Assembly (NCBI GenBank): GCA_964016885.1
Contig: OZ024744.1
Location: 95,170,001-95,234,000, forward strand
DNA length: 64,000 nucleotides
Origin: Eledone cirrhosa
Lineage: Eukaryota
Direction of reading: 5' to 3'
In this document: positions 11,200 through 26,100 of the stretch, piece by piece
Layout of the letters: every line of letters begins with the position of its first letter
Position numbering within the stretch: the first letter of the stretch is position 1
The notes under the pieces: model-generated
Seen by the model: the letters and a program-made list of their open reading frames with translations, nothing else
What the model was told of the DNA's origin: nothing
The model's database searches: none
Made by a program: the position numbers and the translations under genes

Positions 11200-14100
11200 A
11201 TGTGCCACACGATACCACATTAACAAGACATTGTTGAAAAGTACAAAACAGTACTATGACTGTATCACATTAACTCTTAACATCCTGTACCACGTGTAAC
11301 CACATTAACAAGACATTGTTGAAAAGTACAAAACAGTACTATGACTGTATCACATTAACTCTTAATATCCTGTACCACGTGTAACCACATTAACAAGACA
11401 TTGTTGAAAAGTACAAAACAGTACTATGACTGTATCACATTAACTCTTAACATCCTGTACCACATGAAACCACATTAACAAGACATTGTTGAAAAGTACA
11501 AAACAGTACTATGACTGTATCACATTAACTCTTAACATCCTGTACCACATGAAACCACATTAACAAGACTGTTGAAAAGTACAAAACAGTACTATGACTG
11601 TATCACATTAACTCTTAACATCCTGTACCACATGAAACCACATTAACAAGACATTGTTGAAAAGTACAAAACAGTACTATGACTGTATCACATTAACTGT
11701 TAACATCCTGTACCACATGAAACCACATTAACAAGACATTGTTGAAAAGTACAAAACAGTACTATGACTGTATCACATTAACTGTTAACATCCTGTACCA
11801 CATGAAACCACATTAACAAGACATTGTTGAAAAGTACAAAACAGTACTATGACTGTATCACATTAACTCTTAACATCCTGTACCACATGAAACCACATTA
11901 GCAAGACATTGTTGAAAAGTACAAAACAGTACTATGACTGTATCACATTAACTGTTAACATCCTGTACCACATGAAACCACATTAACAAGACATTGTTGA
12001 AAAGTACAAAACAGTACTATGACTGTATCACATTAACTCTTAACGTCCTGTACCACATGAAACCACATTAGCAAGACATTGTTGAAAAGTACAAACCAGC
12101 ACTATGACTGTATCACATTAACTCTTAACATCCTGTACCACATGAAACCACATTAGCAAGACATTGTTGAAAAGTACAAAACAGTACTATGACTGTATCA
12201 CATTAACTCTTAACGTCCTGTACCACATGAAACGATATTAACAAGACATTGTTGAAAAGTACAAAACTGTACTATGACTGTATCACATTAACTCTTAACA
12301 TCCTGTACCACATGAAACCACATTAACAAGACTGTTGAAAAGTACAAAACAGTATTATGACTGTATCACATTAACTCTTAACGTCCTGTACCACATGAAA
12401 CGATATTAACAAGACATTGTTGAAAAGTACAAAACAGTACTATGACTGTATCACATTAACTCTTAACATCCTGTACCACACGAAACCACATTAACAAGAC
12501 ATTGTTGAAAAGTACAAAACAGTACTATGACTGTATCACATTAACTGTTAACATCCTGTACCACATGAAACCACATTAACAAGACATTGTTGAAAAGTAC
12601 AAAACAGTTCTATGACTGCATCACATTAACTCTTAACATCCTGTACCACACGAAACCACATTAACAAGACATTGTTGAAAAGTACAAAACAGTACTATGA
12701 CTGTATCACATTAACTGTTAACATCCTGTACCACGTGAAACCACATTAACAAGACATTGTTGAAAAGTACAAAACAATACTATGACTGTATCACATTAAC
12801 TGTTAACATCCTGTACCACATGAAACCACATTAACAAGACATTGTTGAAAAGTACAAAACAGTACTATGACTGTATCACATTAACTGTTAACATCCTGTA
12901 CCACATGAAACCACATTAACAAGACATTGTTGAAAAGTACAAAACAGTACTATGACTGTATCACATTAACTCTTAACATCCTGTACCACATGAAACCACA
13001 TTAACAAGACATTGTTGAAAAGTACAAAACAGTACTATGACTGTATCACATTAACTGTTAACATCCTGTACCACGTGAAACCACATTAACAAGACATTGT
13101 TGAAAAGTACAAAACAATACTATGACTGTATCACATTAACTGTTAACATCCTGTACCACATGAAACCACATTAACAAGACATTGTTGAAAAGTACAAAAC
13201 AGTACTATGACTGTATCACATTAACTGTTAACATCCTGTACCACATGAAACCACATTAACAAGACATTGTTGAAAAGTACAAAACAGTACTATGACTGTA
13301 TCACATTAACTCTTAACATCCTGTACCACATGAAACCACATTAACAAGACATTGTTGAAAAGTACAAAACAGTACTATGACTGTATCACATTAACTGTTA
13401 ACATCCTGTACCACATGAAACCACATTAACAAGACATTGTTGAAAAGTACAAAACAGTACTATGACTGTATCACATTAACTGTTAACATCCTGTACCACA
13501 TGAAACCACATTAACAAGACATTGTTGAAAAGTACAAAACAGTACTATGACTTTATGACGTTAACTCTTAACATCCTGTACCACATGAAACCACATTAAC
13601 AAGACATTGTTGAAAAGTACAGAACAGTACTATGACTGTATAACATTAGCTGTTAACATCCTGTACCACAGGAAACCACATTAACAAGACATTGTTGAAA
13701 AGTACAAAACAGTACTATGACTGTATCACATTAACTGTTAACGTCCTGTACCACATGAAACCACATTAACAAGACATTGTTGAAAAGTACAAAACAGTAC
13801 TATGACTGTATCACATTAACTATTAACATCCTGTACCACATGAAACCACATTAACAAAAAAATTATTGAAAAGTACAAAACAGTACTATGACTGTATCAC
13901 ATTAACTGTTAACATCCTGTACCACAGGAAACCACATTAACAAGACATTGTTGAAAAGTACAGAACAGTACTATGACTGTATCACATTAACTCTTAACAT
14001 CCTGTACCACGTAAAACCACATTAACAAGACATTGTTGAAAAGTACAAAACAATACTATGACTGTATCACATTAACTGTTAACATCCTGTACCACACGAA

Positions 14101-17100
14101 ACCACATTAACAAGACATTGTTGAAAAGTACAAAACAGTACTATGACTGTGTCACATTAACTGTTAACATCCTGTACCACCTGAAACCACATTAACAAGA
14201 CATTGTTGAAAAGTACAGAACAGTACTATGACTATATCACATTAACTGTTAACATCCTGTACCACGTGAAACCACATTAACAAGACATTGTTAAAAAGTA
14301 CAAAACAATACTATGACTGTATCACATTAACTGTTAACATCCTGTACCACATGAAACCACATTAACAAGACATTGTTGAAAAGTACACAACAGTACTATG
14401 ACTGTGTCACATTAACTGTTAACATCCCGTACCACATGAAACCACATTAACAAGACATTGTTGAAAAGTACAGAACAGTACTATGACTGTATCACATTAA
14501 CTCTTAACATCCTGTACCACATGAAGCCACATTAACAAGACATTGTTGAAAAGTATGAAACAGTACTATGACTGTATCACATTAACAGTTAACATCCTGT
14601 ACCACATGAAACGACATTAACAAGACATTGTTGAAAAGTACAAAACAGTACTATGACTGTATCACATTAACTGTTAACATCCTGTACCACATGAAACCAC
14701 ATTAACAAGATATTCTTGAAAAGTACAAAACAGTACTATGACTGTATCAGATTAACTCTTAACATCCTGTACCACATGAAACCACATTAACAAAAAAATG
14801 ATTGAAAAGTACAAAACAGTACTATGACTGTATCACATTAACTGTTAACATCCTGTACCACATGAAGCCACGTTAACAAGACATTGTTGAAAAGTACAAA
14901 ACAGTACTATGACTGTATCACATTAACTGTTAACAGCCTGTACCACATGAAGCCACATCAACAAGACATTCTTGAAAAGTACAAAACAGTACTGTGACTG
15001 TATCACATTAACTGTTAACATCCTGTACCACACGAAACCACATTAACAAGACATTGTTAAAATTTACAAATCAGTACTATGACTGTATCACATTAACTGT
15101 TAACACCCTGTACCACATGAAACCACATTAACAAGACATTGTTGAAAAGTACAAAACAGTACTATGACTGTATCACATTAACTGTTTACATCCTGTACCA
15201 CACGAAACCACATTAACAAGACATTGTTGAAATTTACAAAACAGTACTATGACTGTATCACATTAACTGTTAACATCCTGTACCACATGAAACCACATTA
15301 ACAAAAAAATTATTGAAAAGTACAAAACAGTGCTATGACTGTATCACATTAACTGTTAACATCCTGTACCACGTGCAACCACATTAACAAGTCATTGTTG
15401 AAAAGTACAAAACAGTACCATGACTATCACATTAACTATTAACATCCTGTACCACATGAAGCCACATTAACAAGACATTGTTGAAAAGTACAAAACAGTA
15501 CTATGACTGTATCACATTAACTCTTAACATCCTGTACCACGTGAAACCACATTAACAAGACATTCTTGAAAAGTACAAAACAGTACTATGACTGTATCAC
15601 ATTAACTCTTAACATCCTGTAGCACACGAAACCACATTAACAAGACATTGTTGAAAAGTACAATAGAGTACTATGACTGATCACATTAACACTTAACGTC
15701 CTGTACCACAGGAAACCACATTAATAAGACATTGTTGAAAAGTACAAGACAGTACTATGACTGTATCACATTAAGTCTTAACGTCCTGTACAACATGAAA
15801 CCACATTAGCAAGACATTGTTGAAAAGTACAAAACAGTACTATGACTATCACATTAACTATTAACATCCTGTACCACATGAAACCACATTAACAAGACAT
15901 TGTTGAAAAGTACAAAACAGTACTATGATCGTATCACATTAACTGTTAACATCCTGTACCACATGAAACCACATTAACAAGACATTCTTGAAAAGTACAA
16001 AACAGTAGTATGACTTTATCACATTAACTATTAACATCCTGTACCACATGAAGCCTAATTAACAAGACATTGTTGAAAAGTACAAAACAGTACTATGACT
16101 GTATCACATTAACTCTTAATATCCTGTACCACGTGTAACCACATTAACAAGACATTGTTGAAAAGTACAAAACAGTACTATGACTGTATCACATTAACTC
16201 TTAACATCCTGTACCACGTGAAACCACATTAACAAGACATTCTTGAAAAGTACAAAACAGTACTATGACTGTATCACATTAACTGTTACCATCCTGTAGC
16301 ACACAAAACCACATTAACGAGACATTGTTGAAAAGTACAATACAGTACTATGACTGATCACATTAACACTTAACGTCCTGTACCACAGGAACCCACATTA
16401 ACAAGACATTGTTGAAAAGTACAAAACAGTACTTTGACTGTATCACATTAAGTCTTAACGTCCTGTACAACATGAAACCACCTTAGCAAGCCATTGTTGA
16501 AAAGTACAAAACAGTACCATGACTGTATCACATTAACTGTTAACGTCCTGTATCATATGAAACCACATTAACAAGACATTGTTGAAAAGTACACAACAGT
16601 ACTATGACTGTGTCACATTAACTGTTAACATCCTGTACCACATGAAACCACATTAACAAGACATTGTTGAAAAGTACAGAACAGTACTATGACTGTATCA
16701 CATTAACTCTTAACATCCTGTACCACGTAAAACCACATTAACAAGACATTGTTGAAAAGTACAGAACAGTACTATTACTGTATCACATTAACTGTTACCA
16801 TCCTGTACCACATGAAACCACATTAACAAGACATTGTTGAAAAGTACAAACCAGCACTATGACTGTATCACATTAACTGTTAACATCCTGTACCACGTGA
16901 AACCACATTAACAAAACATTGTCGAAAAGTACAAAACAGTACTATGACTGTATCACATTAACTGTTAACATCCTGTACCACACGAAACCACATTAACAAG
17001 ACATTGTTGAAAAGTACAAAACAGCACTATGACTTGTATCATATTAACTGTTAACATCCTGTACCAGATGAAACCACATTAGCAAGACGTTCTGAAAAGT

Positions 17101-20100
17101 ACAAAACAGTACTATGACTGTATCACATTAACTCTTAACATCCTGTACCACGTGAAACCACATTAACAAGACATTGTTGAAAAGTACAAAACAGTACTAT
17201 GACTGTATCACATTAACTGTTAACATCCTGTACCACATGAGACCACATTAATAAGACATTGTTGAAAAGTACAAAACAGTACTATGACTATCACTTTAAC
17301 TCTTAACATCCTGTACCACATGAAACCACATTAACAAGACATTGTTGAAAAGTACAAAACAGTACTATGACTGTATCACAGTAACTGTTAACATCCTGTA
17401 ACACATGAAACCACATTAACAAGACATTCTTGAAAAGTACAAAACAGTACTATGACTTCATCACATTAACTGTTAACGTCCTGTACCATATGAAACCACA
17501 TTAACAAGACATTGTTGAAAAGTACAAAACAGTACTATGAATGTATCACATTAACTCTTAACATCATGTACCACATGAAACCATATTAGCAAGACATTCT
17601 TGAAAAGTTCAAAACAGTACTATGACTGTATCACGTTAACTCTTAAAGTCCTGTACCACATGAAACCACATTAACAAGACATTGTTGAAAAGTACAGAAC
17701 AGTACTATGACTATATCACATTAACTCTTAACATCCTGTACCACGTAAAACCACATTAACAAGACATTGTTGAAAAGTACAGAACAGTACTATTACTGTA
17801 TCACATTAACTGTTAACATCCTGTACCACATGAAGCCACATTAACAAGACATTGATGAAAAGTACAAAACAGTACTATGACTGTATCACATTAACAGTTA
17901 ACATCCTGTACCACATGAAACCACATTAACAAGACATTGTTGAAAAGTACAAAACAGTACTATGACTATCACATTAGCTCTTAACATCCTGTACCACATG
18001 AAACCACATTAACAAGACATTCTTGAAAGGTACAAAACAGTACTATGACTGTATCAGATTAACTCTTAACATCCTGTACCACATGAAACCACATTAACAA
18101 GACATTGCTGAAAAGTACAAAACAGTACTATGTCTGTATCACATTAACTGTTACCATCCTGTACCACATGAAACCACATTAACAAGACATTGTTGAAAAG
18201 TACAAAACAGTACTATGACTGTATCACATTAACTCTTAACATCCTGTACCACGTGAAAACACATTAACAAAACATTGTCGAAAAGTACAAAACAGTACTA
18301 TGACTGTATCACATTAACTCTTAACGTCCTGTACCATATGAAACCACATTAACAAGACATTGTTGAAAATTACAAAACAGTACTATGACTGTATCACATT
18401 AACTGTTAACATCCTGTACCACGTGAAACCACATTAACAAGTAATTGTTGAAAAGTACACAACAGTACTATGACTGTATCACATTAACTGTTAACATCCT
18501 GTACCACATGAGACCACATTAATAAGTCATTGTTGAAAAGTACAAAACAGTACAATGACTATCACATTAACTATTAACATCCTGTACCACATGAAACCAC
18601 ATTAACAAGACATTCTTGAAAAGTACAAAACAGTACTATGACTTCATCGCATTAACTGTTAACGTCCTGTACCATATGAAACCACATTTACAAGACATTG
18701 TTGAACAGTACAAAACAGTACTATGACTATCACTTTAACTTTTAACATCCTGTACCACATGAAACCACGTTAACAAGACATTGTTGAAAAGTACAAAACA
18801 GTACTATGACTGTATCACATTAACTGTTAACATCCTGTACCACATGAAACCACATTAATAAGTCATTGTTGAAAAGTACATAACAGTACAATGACTATCA
18901 CATTAACTATTAACATCCTGTACCACATGAAACCACATTAACAAGACATTCTTGAAAAGTACAAAACAGTACTATGACTTCATCGCATTAACTGTTAACG
19001 TCCTGTACCATATGAAACCACATTAACAAGACATTGTTGAAAAGTACAAAACAGTACTATGAATGTATCACATTAACTCTTAACATCATGTACCACATGA
19101 AACCATATTAGCAAGACAATCTTGAAAAGTTCAAAACAGTACTATGACTGTATCACATTAACTGTTAACATCCTGTACCACATGAAACCACATTAATAAG
19201 TCATTGTTGAAAAGTACATAACAGTACAATGACTATCACATTAACTATTAACATCCTGTACCACATGAAACCACATTAACAAGACATTCTTGAAAAGTAC
19301 AAAACAGTACTATGACTGTATCACATTAACTGTTAACATCCTGTACCACGTGAAACCACATTAACAAGTCATTGTTGAAAAGTACACAACAGTACTATGA
19401 CTGTATCACATTAACTGTTAACATCCTGTACCACATGAAACCACATTAACAAGACATTGTTGAAAAGTACAGAGCAGTTCTATGACTATCACATTAACTG
19501 TTAACATCCTGTACCACGTGAAACCACATTAACAAGACATTGTTGAAAAGTACAAAACAATACTATGACTATCACATTATTAGTTAACATCCTGTACCAC
19601 ACGAAACCACATTAACAAGACATTGTTGAAAAGTACAAAACAGTACTATGACTGTGTCACATTAACTGTTAACATCCTGTACCACATGAAACCACATTAA
19701 CAAGACATTGTTGAAAAGTACAGAACAGTACTATGACTGTATCACATTAACTCTTAACATCCTGTACCACATGAAGCCACATTAACAAGACATTGTTGAA
19801 AAGTACAAAACAGTACTATGACTGTATCACATTAACAGTTAACATCCTGTACCACATGAAACGACATTAACAAGACATTCTTGAAAAGTACAAAACAGTA
19901 CTATGACTGTATCACATTAACTTTTAAGATCCTGTACCACATGAAACCACATTAGCAAGACGTTGTTGAAAAGTACAAAACAGTACTATGACTGTATCAC
20001 ATTAACTCTTAACATCCTGTACCACGTGAAACCACATTAACAAGACATTGTTGAAAAGTACAAAACAGTACTATGACTGTATCACATTAACTGTTAACAT

Positions 20101-23100
20101 CCTGTACCACATGAGACCACATTTATAAGACATTGCTGAAAAGTACAAAACAGTACTATGACTGTATCACGTTAACTGTTACCATCCTGTACCACATGAA
20201 ACCACATTAACAAGACATTGTTGAAAAGTACAAAACAATACTATGACTGTATCACATTAACTGTTAACATCCTGTACCACATGAAACCACATTAACAAGT
20301 CATTGTTGAAAAGTACAAAACAGTACTATGACTGTATCACATTAACTCTTAATATCCTGTACCACATGAAACCACATTAACAAAAAAATGATTGAAAAGT
20401 ACAAAACAGTACTATGACTGTATCACATTAACTGTTAACATCCTGTACCACATGAAACCACATTACCCAGACATTCTTGAAGAGTACAAAACAGTACTAT
20501 GACTATCACATTAACTGTTAACATCCTGTACCACATGAAGCCACGTTAACAAGACATTGTTGAAAAGTACAAAACAGTACTATGACTGTATCACATTAAC
20601 TGTTAACATCCTGTACCACATGAAGCCACATTAACAAGACATTCTTGAAAAGTACAAAACAGTACTATGACTGTATCACATCAACTGTTTACATCCTGTA
20701 CCACATGAAGCCACATTAACAAGACATTATTGAAAAGTACAAAACAGTACTATGACTGTATCACATTAACTGTTAACATCCTGTACCACGTGCAACCACA
20801 TTAACAAGTCATTGTTGAAAAGTACAAAACAGTACCATGACTATCACATTAACTCTTAACATCCTGTACCACGTGAAACCACATTAACAAGACATTCTTG
20901 AAATGTACAAAACAGTACTATGACTGTATCACATTAACTCTTAACATCCTGTACCACATGAAACCACATTAACAAGACATTGTTGAAAAGTACAAAACAG
21001 TACTATGACTGTTTCACATTAACTCTTAACATCCTGTAGCACACGAAACCACATTAACAAGACATTGTTGAAAAGTACAAAACAGTACCATGACTGTATC
21101 ACATTAACTCTTAACATCCTGTACCACATGAAACCACATTAACAAGACATTGTTGAAAAGTACAAAACAGTACTATGACTGTATCACATTAACTCTTAAC
21201 ATCCTATACCACATGAAGCCACGTTAACAAGACATTGTTGAAAAGTACAAAACAGTACTATGACTGTATCACATTAACTCTTAACATCCTGTACCACGTG
21301 AAACCACATTAACAAGACATTGTTGAAAAGTACAAAACAGTACTATGACTGTATCACATTAACTGTTAACATCCTATACCACATGAAGCCACGTTAACAA
21401 GACATTGTTGAAAAGTACAAAACAGGTACTATGACTGTATCACATTAACTGTTAACATCCTGTACCACATGAAACCACATTAACAAGACATTGTTGAAAA
21501 GTACAAAACAGTACTATGACTGTATCAGATTAACTGTTAACATCCTGTACCACATGAAACCACATTAACAAGACATTGTTGAAAAGTACAAAACAGTACT
21601 GTGACTGTATCACATTAACTCTTAACATCCTGTACCACATGAGACCACATTAACAAGACATTGTTGAAAAGTACAAAACAGTACTATGACTATCACATTA
21701 ACTGTTAACATCCTGTACCACATGAAGCCACATTAACAAGACATTGTTGAAAAGTACAAAACAGTACTATGACTGTATCACATTAACTCTTAACGTCCTG
21801 TACCACACGAAACCACATTAACAAGACATAGTTGAAATTTACAAAACATTACTATGACTGTATCACATTAACTGTTAACATCCTGTACGATATGAAGCCA
21901 CATTAACAAGACATTGTTGAAAAGGACAAAACAGTACTATGACTGCATCACCTTAACTATTAACATCCTATACCGCATGAAACCACATTAACAAGACATT
22001 GTTGAAATGTACAAAACAGTACTATGACTGTATCACATTAACTATAACATCCTATACAACATGAAGCCACATTAACAAGACACAGTTGAAAAGTACCAAA
22101 CACTACTATGACTGTATCACATTAACTCTTAAGATCCTGCACCACATGAAACCACATTAACAAGACATTGTTGAAAAGTACTAAACAGTATTATGACTGT
22201 ATCACATTAACTGTTAACATCCTGTACCGCATGAAACCACATTAACAAGACATTGTTGAAAAGTACAAAACAGTACTATGACTGTATCACATTAACTCTT
22301 AACATCCTGTACCACATGAAACCACATTAACAAGTCATTGTTGAAAAGTACAAAACAGTACTATGACTGTATCACATTAACTCTTAACATCCTGTACCAC
22401 ATGAAACCACATTAACAAGACATTGTTGAAATGTACAAAACAGTACTATGACTGTATCATATTAACTCTGAACATCCTGTACCACATGAAACCACATTAG
22501 CAAGACATTGTTGAAAAGTACAAAACAGTACTATGACTGTATCATATTAACTCTGAACATCCTGTACCACATGAAACCACATTAGCAAGACATTGTTGAA
22601 AAGTACAAAACAGTATTATGACTGTATCACATTAACTCTTAACATCCTGTACCACATGAGACCACATTAACAAGACATTGTTGAAAATTACAAAACAGTA
22701 CTATGACTATCACATTAACTGTTAACATCCTGTACCACATGAAGCCACATTAACAAGACATTGTTGAAAAGTACAAAACAGTACTATGACTGTATAACAT
22801 TAACTATAACATCCTATTCCGCATGAAACCACATTAACAAGACATTGTTGAAAAGTACAAAACAGTACTATGACTGTATCACATTAACTCTTAACGTCCT
22901 GTACCACATGAAACCACATTAGCAAGACGTTCTTGAAAAGTACAAAACAGTATTATGACTGTATCACATTAACTCTTAACATCCTGTACCACGTGAAACC
23001 ACATTAACAAGACATTGTTGAAAAGTACAAAACAGTACTATGACTTATCACATTAACTGTTAACATCCTGTACCACATGAAACCACATTAACAAGACATT

Positions 23101-26100
23101 CTTGAAAAGTACAAAACAGTACTATGACTGTATCACATTAACTGTTAACATCCTGTACCACATGAAACCACATTAACAAGACATTGTTGAAAAGTACAAA
23201 ACAGTACTGTGACTGTATCACATTAACTCTTTACATCCTGTACCACATGAGACCACATTAACAAGACATTGTTGAAAAGTACAAAACAGTACTATGACTG
23301 TATCACATTAACTCTTAACATCCTGTACCACATGAAGCCACATTAACAAGACATTGTTGAAATTTACAAAACAGTACTATGACTGTATCACATTAACTGT
23401 TAACATCCTGTACCACATGAAGCCACATTAACAAGACATTGTTGAAAAGTACCAAACACTACTATGACTGTATCACATTAACTCTTAACATCCTGTACCA
23501 CATGAAACCACATTAGCAAGACATTGTTGAAAAGTACAAAACAGTACTATGACTGTATCACATTAACTCTTAACGTCCTGTACCACATGAAACCACATTA
23601 GCAAGACGTTCTTGAAAAGTACAAAACAGTATTATGACTGTATCACATTAACTCTTAACATCCTGTACCACGTGAAACCACATTAACAAGACATTGTTGA
23701 AAAGTACAAAACAGTACTATGACTGTATCACATTAACTGTTAACATCCTGTACCACATGAAACCACATTAACAAGACATTGTTGAAAAGTACAAAACAGT
23801 ACTGTGACTGTATCACATTAACTCTTAACATCCTGTTCCACATGAGACCACATTAACAAGACATTGTTGAAAATTACAAAAGAGTACTATGACTATCACA
23901 TTAACTGTTAACATCCTGTACCACATGAAGCCACATTAACAAGACATTGTTGAAAAGTACAAAACAGTACTATGACTGTATCACATTAACTCTTAACGTC
24001 CTGTACCACATGAAACCACGTTAGCAAGACGTTCTTGAAAAGTACAAAACTATTATGACTGTATCACATTAACTCTTAACATCCTGTACCACGTGAAACC
24101 ACATTAACAAGACATTGTTGAAAAGTACAAAACAGTACTATGACTATATCACATTAACTGTTAACATCCTGTACCACATGAAGCCACATTAACAAGACAT
24201 TGTTGAAAAGTACAAAACAGTACTATGACTGCATGATATTAACTCTGAACGTGCTGTACCACATGAAACCACATTAGCAAGACATTGTTGAAATTTACAA
24301 AACAGTACTATGACTGTATCACATTAACTGTTAACATCCTGTACCACATGAAGCCACATTAACAAGACATTGTTGAAAACTACAAAACAGTACTATGACT
24401 GTATCACATTAACTATCAACATCCTGTACCACATGAAGCCACATTAACAAGACATTCTTGAAAAGTACAAAACAGTACTATGACTGTATCACATTAACTG
24501 TTAACATCCTGTACCACATGAAACCACATTAACAAGACATTGTTGAAAAGTACAAAACAGTACTATGACTGTATAACATTAACTATAACATCCTATACAA
24601 CATGAAGCCACATTAACAAGACATAGTTGAAAAGTACAAAACAGTACTATGACTGTATCAGATTAACTCTTAACATCCTGTACCACATGAAACCACATTA
24701 ACAAGACATTGTTGAAAAGTACAAAACAGTACTATGACTGTATCACATTAACTGTTACCATCCTGTACCACATGAAACCACATTAACAAGACATTGTTGA
24801 AAAGTACAGAACAGTACTATGACTGTGTCACATTAACTGTTAACATCCTGTACCACATGAAACCACATTAACAAGACATCGTTGAAAAGTACAAAACAGT
24901 ACTATGACTGTATCACATTAACTCTTAACATCCTGTACCACGTGAAATCACATTAACAAGACATCGTTGAAAAGTACAAAACAGTACTATGACTGTATCA
25001 CATTAACTGTTCACATCCTGTACCACGTGAAACCACATTAACAAGACATTGTTGAAAAGTACCAAACACTACTATGACTGTATCACATTAACTGTTAACA
25101 TCCTGTACCACATGAAACCACATTAGCAAGACATTGTTGAAAAGTACAAAACAGTACTATGACTGTATCACATTAACTCTTAACATCCTGTACCACGTGA
25201 AACCACATTAGCAAGACGTTCTTGAAAAGTACAAAACAGTATTATGACTGTATCACATTAACTCTTAACATCCTGTACCACGTGAAACCACATTAACAAG
25301 ACATTGTTGAAAAGTACAAAACAGTACTATGACTGTATCACATTAACTGTTAACATCCTGTACCACATGAAACCACATTAACAAGACATTGTTGAAAAGT
25401 ACAAAACAGTACTGTGACTGTATCACATTAACTCTTAACATCCTGTACCACATGAGACCACATTAACAAGACATTGTTGAAAATTACAAAACAGTACTAT
25501 GACTATCACATTAACTGTTAACATCCTGTACCACATGAAGCCACATTAACAAGACATTGTTGAAAAGCACAAAACAGTACTATGACTGTATCACCTTAAC
25601 TATTAACATCCTATTCCGCATGAAACCACATTAACAAGACATTGTTGAAAAGTACAAAACAGTACTATGACTGTATCACATTAACTCTTAACGTCCTGTA
25701 CCACATGAAACCACATTAGCAAGACATTCTTGAAAAGTACAAAACAGTATTATGACTGTATGACATTAACTCTTAACATCCTGTACCACGTGAAACCACA
25801 TTTACAAGACATTGTTGAAAAGTACAAAACAGTACTATGACTGTATCACATTAACTGTTAACATCCTGTACCACATGAAACCACATTAACAAGACATTCT
25901 TGAAAAGTACAAAACAGTACTATGACTGTATCACATTAACTGTTAACATCCTGTACCACATGAAACCACATTAACAAGACATTGTTGAAAAGTACAAAAC
26001 AGTACTGTGACTGTATCACATTAACTCTTAACATCCTGTACCACATGAGACCACATTAACAAGACATTGTTGAAAATTACAAAACAGTACTATGACTATC

